Source: Spirochaetia bacterium (lineage in GTDB: Bacteria; Spirochaetota; Spirochaetia; DSM-2461). From it: a stretch of DNA of 64,000 bases. The stretch lies in the NCBI GenBank assembly GCA_963666985.2, contig CAXXIA010000002.1, forward strand, positions 1,344,001 through 1,408,000, given 5' to 3'. Below, in pieces: positions 1-6,527 of the stretch. Below the pieces are notes generated by a model that was not told where the DNA came from, ran no database searches, and saw only the letters and a program-made list of their open reading frames with translations. Made by a program: the position numbers and the translations under genes. How positions within the stretch are numbered: position 1 is the stretch's first letter; every line of letters begins with the position of its first letter.

Positions 1-112
1 CGCCCAAACCCGCGACGTGAAGGCCTTTATGGACCGGGCCCGCAACTCGTTCACCAACCGCGTTATCGCCCTCGCCGAATGGTACGGGCGGAGAATCGCC
101 GAGGAATTTTAA
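1..112 (+). CDS. 3' end of a CDS running in from the left edge (product unknown)
   Basis: Frame 2 is open from base 2 (AQTRDVKAFMDRARNSFTNRVIALAEWYGRRIAEEF) to TAA at 110-112, with GC3-rich codons; a palindrome follows. Confidence 0.6.
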   Translation, partial: AQTRDVKAFMDRARNSFTNRVIALAEWYGRRIAEEF

Positions 113-123
113 GTTCGGGATGC

Positions 124-147
124 TCGTGCGGTTTATAAACCGCACGA
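124..147. terminator. Perfect 24-bp palindrome; probable terminator or stem-loop
   Basis: tcgtgcggttta|taaaccgcacga, 12 nt after the upstream stop; no U-tract. Confidence 0.5.
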
Positions 148-311
148 ACCTCTCCGGCGAACCGCCGGAAACAGAAACGTACCAATCACTCGACCGCATC
201 TCCATTTGAAGCTTTTTCTTAGCGGCTTAAACCACGCGGCTTCGGGGGTCGGCCCCCTATCGGTTCCATTCGTTAAGAAAAACAACGAAAAGTTAATTAT
301 TTTCTAATATT

Positions 312-359
312 TTTACCTGACAATGAATTATTCACCTGATTATACTGCTTTCAGGTAAA
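312..359. promoter_or_regulatory. Candidate operator array upstream of the RpiR gene
   Basis: tttacctga (312-320), ttcacctga (331-339) and inverted tcaggtaaa (351-359) in an AT-rich promoter region. Confidence 0.5.
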
Positions 360-400
360 TATTAATTGCCGCTATTAACTCACAGGGAGAGAATAACGTT

Positions 401-1240
401 ATGGATTGGCCGGAACGACTGAAACTGAGCCAAGAAAGCCTCAGCCGAGCCGAACGGGAGCTGGTGGAATTCATCAACAAACGCCCGGAAACGGCCTCGC
501 GAATGATTCAGAAGGATTTGGCCGCGGCCGCCGGAGTGAGCAAACCCGTAGTTATCAGCTGTTTCCGCCGTCTGGGCTTCGAGGATTTCCGCTCCTTTCA
601 GGAATCCGTCGAATCTTTTTTCGCCACGCAGATCGATTCCCTCCAGGCATCCCGAAGCGTCCGCGAACGGGTGGCGGCTCCGGATGATCTCATCGCCGAA
701 GCCGCGGCCGTGGACATCCGTTCTTTGGAGCGCTTCGCCAAGTCTCTGAATCCCGCCGTGCTGAAGGACATCATCAACCATATCGCTTCGGCCGAAGCGG
801 TCTACCTGGCGGGAGAGGGCACGGGATTTTATCCGGCTCATTACCTTTATCAGCGGCTTCGGCGCTATGGGATTAAAACGGTCATCATCGATCAGGATCC
901 CCGGCATGTCCCGGACGCCATGCATCCTTTGGGTAATAAGGATGTTCTGATGGCCTTCCATTACAGCGACACCGACGAATGGCTGCGGCCGCTGACCGCC
1001 CTGGCCACGCAGAGGGGCGCCTGGATTCTCATCGCTTCGGCCACCATCCATCCCGAATACGTGGAGAGTTCCTCGTGCTTCGTTCACGTGCCCCGGGGAG
1101 AACTTCAGTTTAAGAACAGCATGGCCGTGCCCATGCATTTCGCGAATTTGGTGCTCCTGGCTTACGAAATGCTGGAACGGGAAAAGGCGGAATTCCGCCT
1201 GGAATCGTTGGAAAAAATCCGCAAGTCCTGGAACGGATGA
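401..1240 (+). CDS. MurR/RpiR family transcriptional regulator (HTH + SIS)
   Basis: N-terminal 'LSRAERELVEFI...LAAAAGVSKPVVISCFRRLGFEDF' HTH followed by an SIS-like domain. Confidence 0.9.
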   Translation: MDWPERLKLSQESLSRAERELVEFINKRPETASRMIQKDLAAAAGVSKPVVISCFRRLGFEDFRSFQESVESFFATQIDSLQASRSVRERVAAPDDLIAEAAAVDIRSLERFAKSLNPAVLKDIINHIASAEAVYLAGEGTGFYPAHYLYQRLRRYGIKTVIIDQDPRHVPDAMHPLGNKDVLMAFHYSDTDEWLRPLTALATQRGAWILIASATIHPEYVESSSCFVHVPRGELQFKNSMAVPMHFANLVLLAYEMLEREKAEFRLESLEKIRKSWNG

Positions 1241-1308
1241 GCGGAAGGAATAAAAGGAGGGCCGCCCCAAAGGAAGGTTTCGACTCACCGGCAAGATCGT
1301 TTCAATGA
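1237..1308 (+). other. Coupled micro-ORF (23 aa, MSGRNKRRAAPKEGFDSPARSFQ)
   Basis: Its ATG overlaps the rpiR stop (ATGA), and its TGA overlaps the next ATG. Confidence 0.4.
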
Positions 1309-1388
1309 AACAACGCCGCATGGAAGCCGAAAATCCTTTCCGGGGCGGTCCGAAGAAGGCAGGAGGAAAACAATGCCTAAAAAGATGA
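1305..1388 (+). other. Coupled micro-ORF (27 aa, MKQRRMEAENPFRGGPKKAGGKQCLKR)
   Basis: ATGA overlap at the start; the stop overlaps the in-frame Met5 codon (1385) of the SBP gene. Confidence 0.4.
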
Positions 1389-2680
1389 AATGGATCGCGG
1401 CGGCTCTGGCCGTCCTCGCCTGCACCGCCGCTTTCGCGAGTGGTGCCGAAGAGAAGGAATCCGGACCGGTAACCCTGAAAATCGCCTATCCGGTTGCGGT
1501 GGATGCTCCGGTAACGGACATGCTCAACGATTTCGCCGCGGCTTTTATGGCCGAGAATCCGAACGTAACGGTGGAAACGGTTTATGCCGGCGGCTACACC
1601 GACGTGAAAACCATGGTTCAAACCACCATCGACGGCGGCGGCGAAGCTCCGGCTTTGGCGGTTATGCTGGCCACGGATGTCTATGATTTGGCCAATGCAC
1701 AGTATATCGAACCCCTCACGCCGTTCGTGGACGAGATGAAGGGCGGCAAAGCCTATATTAAGGATTTCCTTCCGGGATTCATGGCCAACTCCTACTACAT
1801 GGACAACCTGTGGAGTCTGCCCTTCCAGCGCAGCGCCGTTGTTCTGTATTACAACGCCGATCTTCTGGCGTCCGTCGGCTGCGATCATGCTCCCGCCGAT
1901 TGGAATGAGCTGGCCGAAGTCGGAGCCGCCCTTACGGTTAAGGACGGCGGCCAGGTAACCCGCTGGGGTATCGAGTGGTCTTCCGACTGGCCTTACTGGA
2001 CCTTCCAGCCCCTGGCCGTCGCCGCCGGACAAAACATCGTCGGCGAGAGCGACACCGCGGTTTTCTTCGATAATCCCGCCGTTATCAGCGCCGTTCAGTA
2101 CTATATCGATCTTTCTCATAAGTACGGCGCGACTCCCGAAGGCGTACAGGCCTGCTGGGGCACTTCGGTTCCCAATTTCGTTTCGGGCAACACCGCCATG
2201 ATTGTCCACAGCTCGGGAAGCCTTTCCAAGATTCTCTCTCAGGCCGATTTTAAAGTGGGTGTATCCGCGGTTCCCGGTCCTAAGGCCGGTTCGGCCGCCA
2301 GCGTTCCCGGCGGCGGAAATATCTACATGATTGCCGGTATGAGCGATGCCGAGAAGCAGGCCGCTTTCGATTTCGCGGTTTTCCTTACGGGCGCCTCCCG
2401 CGCCGCGGAGTTCTCCATCAAGTCCGGTTACATCGCCACCAGTAAATCGGCGGCCGAAGATCCGGCGATGAAGGCCTATGCCGCGGAGAATCCCCAGGTG
2501 GCTCAGGTTCAGGCCGCTCTCGCCAAAGCGGGCAAAGAGCTCTCCCTGCAGAACCTCGGCGAGGTGCGGACCATCTTTCATTCGGCCATTCAGTCCGCGT
2601 ACAACGGTGAAATGACTCCCGCCGCGGCCATGGCCAAGGCTCAGAGGGAAGCCGACGCCGCGCTGGAAGATTTCCGTTAA
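1373..2680 (+). CDS. CUT1 ABC transporter substrate-binding protein (UgpB-like)
   Basis: Signal peptide, 'LPFQRSAVVLYYNADL', 'VPGGGNIY', 'SGYIAT'; strong RBS aggagg. Confidence 0.9.
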   Translation: MPKKMKWIAAALAVLACTAAFASGAEEKESGPVTLKIAYPVAVDAPVTDMLNDFAAAFMAENPNVTVETVYAGGYTDVKTMVQTTIDGGGEAPALAVMLATDVYDLANAQYIEPLTPFVDEMKGGKAYIKDFLPGFMANSYYMDNLWSLPFQRSAVVLYYNADLLASVGCDHAPADWNELAEVGAALTVKDGGQVTRWGIEWSSDWPYWTFQPLAVAAGQNIVGESDTAVFFDNPAVISAVQYYIDLSHKYGATPEGVQACWGTSVPNFVSGNTAMIVHSSGSLSKILSQADFKVGVSAVPGPKAGSAASVPGGGNIYMIAGMSDAEKQAAFDFAVFLTGASRAAEFSIKSGYIATSKSAAEDPAMKAYAAENPQVAQVQAALAKAGKELSLQNLGEVRTIFHSAIQSAYNGEMTPAAAMAKAQREADAALEDFR

Positions 2681-2692
2681 ACTGTATTTCAT

Positions 2693-2720
2693 CCGTGCCG
2701 GGCGTTACGGCTCGGCACGG
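2693..2720 (+). terminator. Stem-loop after the SBP gene (mRNA stabiliser or partial terminator)
   Basis: ccgtgccgggc-gttacg-gctcggcacgg; no U-tract. Confidence 0.55.
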
Positions 2721-2829
2721 TCTGAGAAAGAACCGATTCGGCGGCTTCAATCCGGGCGTGATTTAGCCTTCCCCGGAACGGGCCGCCGAACTCATCACGG
2801 CGGATTTCGACGGAATCCGGAGCCGCGGG

Positions 2830-3018
2830 ATGTTCGCCGGCGAGCTTCACCGATTATCGGAGCCGGTTATTTTAAGTCCGATACGGCACCGTAAAACAGA
2901 TTCACCGGCCCATATCGGCGGCCGGTTAACGGCGTCCCGAATGAACGGGGACGGTTCGGGAGCTGAAGACCGTTCCGAAACCGTCCTTCTCCGTTCCGCC
3001 GCCATGGAGGTGACATGA
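2830..3018 (+). other. Spacer micro-ORF (62 aa) coupled to the permease start
   Basis: ggag RBS 7 nt before the ATG; the stop overlaps the permease ATG (ATGA at 3015-3018). Confidence 0.35.
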
Positions 3019-3899
3019 ACCGCCGCCGCTACCATCCGGCCCTGCCTTACCTGCTCATTCTGCCCACCCTTATTTTCGTGCTGATCTTCACCGTTTATCC
3101 GGCTCTTTCGGCCGGATGGAGCAGCCTTTTTGAGCACAGACTGAACATTCCGAAATTCCGGGAACCCGTTTTCGTCGGCCTGGAACATTACACGGACTTC
3201 GCCGCCAGTGAGGAATTCCGCCTTATTCTGGGAAACACACTCCTCTACGCGGTTATTCTGGTGCCCATCACCGTTATCGCGGCGCTGTTTCTGGCGCTCT
3301 GGCTCCGAAAAAAGCGGTTCGCCGCCTTCCGTATCGCCGTGTTCCATCCGGCCATCCTGCCCATGGTGTCCGCCGCCACGATCTGGATGTTCTTTTTTAC
3401 CCCCGATTACGGACTCTTCAACAGATTCTTGGAATTCTTCGGCTACAGGGGGCCCGAGAATTGGCTGAGTCATCCCGATTTGTCCCTGATGGCGCTGATT
3501 ATCGTGGCCTTCTGGAAGGACGCCGGTTTTTACATGATCTACTACCTGGCCGGGGTGCAGTCTCTCCCGGAGGATGTCTTCGAGGCTCTGAAGCTTGAAG
3601 GCGCCGGACCGGTTACAACCTTCTTCCGATTCACACTGCCCCTTTTGCGGAGAACCACGCTCTTTGTGACGACCATCGCCGTTATCGGCGCCTTTCGCGC
3701 GGTTGATCATGTCTTCGTCATGACTCAAGGCGGCCCCAGCGGACGAAGCACCCTGCTCCTCTATCATCTGTGGCAGGTCCGCTTCGAATCCCTGAACATC
3801 GGAGAAGCTTCGGCCTTGACCGTGGTGCTGGTCGTTCTGCTTCTGGCGTTCACCATCAGCAACTTTCTGCTGAGTGAAAGGAAGGGCCGCGATGCGTAA
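3015..3899 (+). CDS. Carbohydrate ABC permease (UgpA-like)
   Basis: Multiple TM segments; EAA loop 'FEALKLEGAG'; 'MTQGGP'. Confidence 0.92.
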   Translation: MNRRRYHPALPYLLILPTLIFVLIFTVYPALSAGWSSLFEHRLNIPKFREPVFVGLEHYTDFAASEEFRLILGNTLLYAVILVPITVIAALFLALWLRKKRFAAFRIAVFHPAILPMVSAATIWMFFFTPDYGLFNRFLEFFGYRGPENWLSHPDLSLMALIIVAFWKDAGFYMIYYLAGVQSLPEDVFEALKLEGAGPVTTFFRFTLPLLRRTTLFVTTIAVIGAFRAVDHVFVMTQGGPSGRSTLLLYHLWQVRFESLNIGEASALTVVLVVLLLAFTISNFLLSERKGRDA

Positions 3900-4956
3900 C
3901 TCGGATGCAAAGGGCGCTGAAATCGCCGCCAAACAAAAGAACGCCGGACAGGATAAATCCGCCGCGATCAAGACGGTCACCGCTCCCATAGCCACCCCAA
4001 AGGCTGCCAAATTGCAGAGCGCCCTCCATAAATCCGCCGCGATCAAGACGGCCGCCGACAAAACCGCCGTCTCCCACACCGTCCCGCAATCAAAAAGGAC
4101 CAGCCCGATCGGCCGCCCCCTCCCGCGCCCCGGCGCCCTAAAACCCGGCCGCATCCTCGCCTACACACTGGCCCTCGGTTTCGCCCTGCTCTGGTCCATG
4201 CCACTCATCTGGTCGGTTATCGCAAGCCTGCGTCCCCCAAACGAACCGTTCGCCCGGGGCCACATCTGGTTCGGCAGCGCCTTAAGTCTGCACTCCTACA
4301 TCAGGGCCTTCAATCTGGCGCCCTTCGTTCTCTATTTCCGAAACACCGTACTTTTGGTTCTGATTATCCTGTTCTTCCAGCTCATTTCCAGCAGCCTCGC
4401 CGGATTCGCCTTTGCCTTCTACCGATTCAAAGGCGACCGCCTGCTCTTTACCCTCATCCTGACTCAGATGATGATTCCCACCACGGCCCTTTTGGTTCCC
4501 AACTTCCGCACCATCCGCATCCTGGGACTCTACGACAGCATCTGGGCCATCGGCCTGCCCTTCTTCGGCAGCGCCTTCGGAACCTTTCTGCTTCGCCAGT
4601 CCTTTCTCGGCATTCCCCGCGACTACGGCGACGCGGCCGAAGTGGACGGCTGCAATTGGTTCATGATTCTCCGGCACGTCTACATTCCCATGGCCAAACC
4701 GGCGCTCATCGCCTTTGCCGTCTCTTCAATCAACTGGCATTGGAACGATCTGCTCTGGCCCCTCATCGTGACTCAAAGTACACAATCCCGCCCCCTCACC
4801 GCGGGTTTGGCGCGCTTCACCCAGCTCGGAGAAATCGGCGCTCAATGGGACCTGATGTCCGCCGCCACCCTCATCGTGGCCCTGCCGCTTCTCCTTCTCT
4901 TCCTCATCTTTCAGAAGCGCTTCATCGAAGGCTACATGAACTCAGGGCTCAAGTAG
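3892..4956 (+). CDS. Carbohydrate ABC permease (UgpE-like) with a ~85 aa Lys/Ala-rich N-terminal extension
   Basis: 'FGTFLLRQSFLGIPRDYGDAAEVDG', 'WNDLLWPLIV'; the ATG overlaps the 3' end of the upstream gene. Confidence 0.9.
   Translation: MRNSDAKGAEIAAKQKNAGQDKSAAIKTVTAPIATPKAAKLQSALHKSAAIKTAADKTAVSHTVPQSKRTSPIGRPLPRPGALKPGRILAYTLALGFALLWSMPLIWSVIASLRPPNEPFARGHIWFGSALSLHSYIRAFNLAPFVLYFRNTVLLVLIILFFQLISSSLAGFAFAFYRFKGDRLLFTLILTQMMIPTTALLVPNFRTIRILGLYDSIWAIGLPFFGSAFGTFLLRQSFLGIPRDYGDAAEVDGCNWFMILRHVYIPMAKPALIAFAVSSINWHWNDLLWPLIVTQSTQSRPLTAGLARFTQLGEIGAQWDLMSAATLIVALPLLLLFLIFQKRFIEGYMNSGLK
3953..4051 (+). repeat. Exact 24-bp direct repeat inside the permease extension
   Basis: ataaatccgccgcgatcaagacgg at 3953-3976 and 4028-4051 (75 bp apart, in frame; KSAAIKT twice). 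Confidence 0.9.
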
Positions 4957-4965
4957 AAGACGCAC

Positions 4966-5418
4966 ATGAACGAAGACTTCACCTGGGAATGGAACGATTT
5001 ATCGCATTTTGAAGCCCATCGGCACGAGTTTTTTCGGCCCGTGGAAGAAATTTTGGCCGATCTCCGAAGCCGCGCGGCCGCATGCCGCGGCGAATCGGGA
5101 ACACCTCTCCATGAAGAGTGGGAACTCCCTTACGAAACAGGCTTATGCACCCTGAGGGAAGTTTCCCCCGACGGAAGCGAATCCTTCTGGGCGCCCCGCC
5201 CCGGGCGGACGATTCTCTCCCACCTCTGTTATGGAGAACCGATTCCCACCCGATGGGTTTGCCTTTGGGGCACCTGGGAAAAAGAATCCTTCCTCATCCA
5301 CACCATTTACTGCGGCAGGAAAGCGCCGCGGGAAATCCACGATCCGTCCATCACATCCGAAGAGCTGCCCGTATCCATCGAGTTCTGGCGAAAACACGCG
5401 CTCATCGTGGAGAAGTAA
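4966..5418 (+). CDS. Hypothetical protein (150 aa)
   Basis: Starts 9 nt after the permease stop; host-like codons; C-terminal 'TIYCGRKAPREIHD...FWRKHALI'. Confidence 0.75.
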   Translation: MNEDFTWEWNDLSHFEAHRHEFFRPVEEILADLRSRAAACRGESGTPLHEEWELPYETGLCTLREVSPDGSESFWAPRPGRTILSHLCYGEPIPTRWVCLWGTWEKESFLIHTIYCGRKAPREIHDPSITSEELPVSIEFWRKHALIVEK

Positions 5419-5497
5419 GACACTCGACTATAAATGGCGGAACTTGCCGTCTATTCGTACTCGGCCGCGTTGAGCCATGGCGTTTTCCGTAAGGGCC

Positions 5498-6112
5498 TTA
5501 TTTGTGAGTTTGATAAAATTTACCGGCCTTCGCGCGGTTCCCGCATGTTTTCATGCTGCACCAGCGGCGGCTGTTGTTTTTACTCGTGTCGTAATACAGC
5601 CAGCCGCATTCTGAGTCCGAGCAGCGCTTCAGACGTTCCGGATTTCCCGTTACCAGCACGTCGGCGGCGGCTTGAACAACCGGCTGAAGAAACCCCACAG
5701 GTTCCGCTTCAATTTCAGGGAACATCCATGAGAATCCGTCGGCGCCGGCATCAATTCTTCGACGAACCGATCGATACAGCGCATTAAACTCCTGAATCGC
5801 AGGAGCTGAATCCGGAACTTGAGATATAATCCGGAAAAAAAGAGTGTGAAGAACCTCTCTGCGGGAAAGAACCTCTTCATACCAGAAAGAAGAATCTTGA
5901 TTCTCCGCTTGCTCCCAAAGCCGGTCCATCATGGCTGAAGTAAGGATTGAAGCGCGTTCCGCCCAGCCTAAGGCATCAAAGTAGGATGTGAGCCAATCAA
6001 TTTCTCTCTCGGTATTTCGATACTCAACGGTATTCACGAAATCCAGAGCAAGGTTGTTCCCATCAAGATCAAACGAGGAAAATTTTTTCCTTATTACAGC
6101 GCGCTCATTCAT
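5498..6112 (-). CDS. ABATE/CGNR zinc-finger putative transcription factor
   Basis: 'LALDFVNT' ABATE motif; 'C..C.WLYYDTSKNNSRRWCSMKTCGNRAK'. Start placed at Met39 of the listed ORF. Confidence 0.92.
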   Translation of the reverse strand: MNERAVIRKKFSSFDLDGNNLALDFVNTVEYRNTEREIDWLTSYFDALGWAERASILTSAMMDRLWEQAENQDSSFWYEEVLSRREVLHTLFFRIISQVPDSAPAIQEFNALYRSVRRRIDAGADGFSWMFPEIEAEPVGFLQPVVQAAADVLVTGNPERLKRCSDSECGWLYYDTSKNNSRRWCSMKTCGNRAKAGKFYQTHK

Positions 6113-6163
6113 TCGCAAACCATTTAAAATCACTTGACCGGTTAGATCAAGACGTGTTTTTAT

Positions 6164-6193
6164 ATAACCGCCTATAATAATATAGACGGTTAT
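6164..6193. promoter_or_regulatory. 13-4-13 inverted repeat; candidate CGNR-protein operator
   Basis: ataaccgcctata-ataa-tatagacggttat (1 mismatch) between divergent genes, overlapping a tataat. Confidence 0.65.
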
Positions 6194-6224
6194 TCCACTC
6201 TCCGCATCATAAGGAGACCTCAGC

Positions 6225-6515
6225 ATGATTGCACAAATTCATCACGATCTGGTTCCAACGGAGAACGCCGATGATTTCAAATCATTCCTAAACAAACAGG
6301 TACTGGCCGAATACGGAGCCTCCGAAGGAAATCGGGGCGTCTATTTTTTAGAAGAACGGAACGGAAAAGAAACGTGTTTTGTCACATTATCATTTTGGCT
6401 GGATGATGAGGCTTTGGAAAAATACCTGCACAGTCCTTTTAAAGAGGCCGAAAAGACTGCGGCGGGATCGATGCCGGACGTTATTTTTCGAATTGTCGGA
6501 AAATCCTGGTGGTAG
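6225..6515 (+). CDS. ABM-like (antibiotic biosynthesis monooxygenase fold) protein
   Basis: aaggag RBS; 'GNRGVYFLE...FVTLSFWLDDEAL' dimeric alpha-beta barrel pattern. Confidence 0.75.
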   Translation: MIAQIHHDLVPTENADDFKSFLNKQVLAEYGASEGNRGVYFLEERNGKETCFVTLSFWLDDEALEKYLHSPFKEAEKTAAGSMPDVIFRIVGKSWW

Positions 6516-6527
6516 TCGCCGGATTAC

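Noticed and set aside
380..2692. 770-aa minus-strand ORF
   Set aside because: Antisense shadow of rpiR and the SBP gene, which share a frame and have GC3-biased codons; no recognisable motifs.
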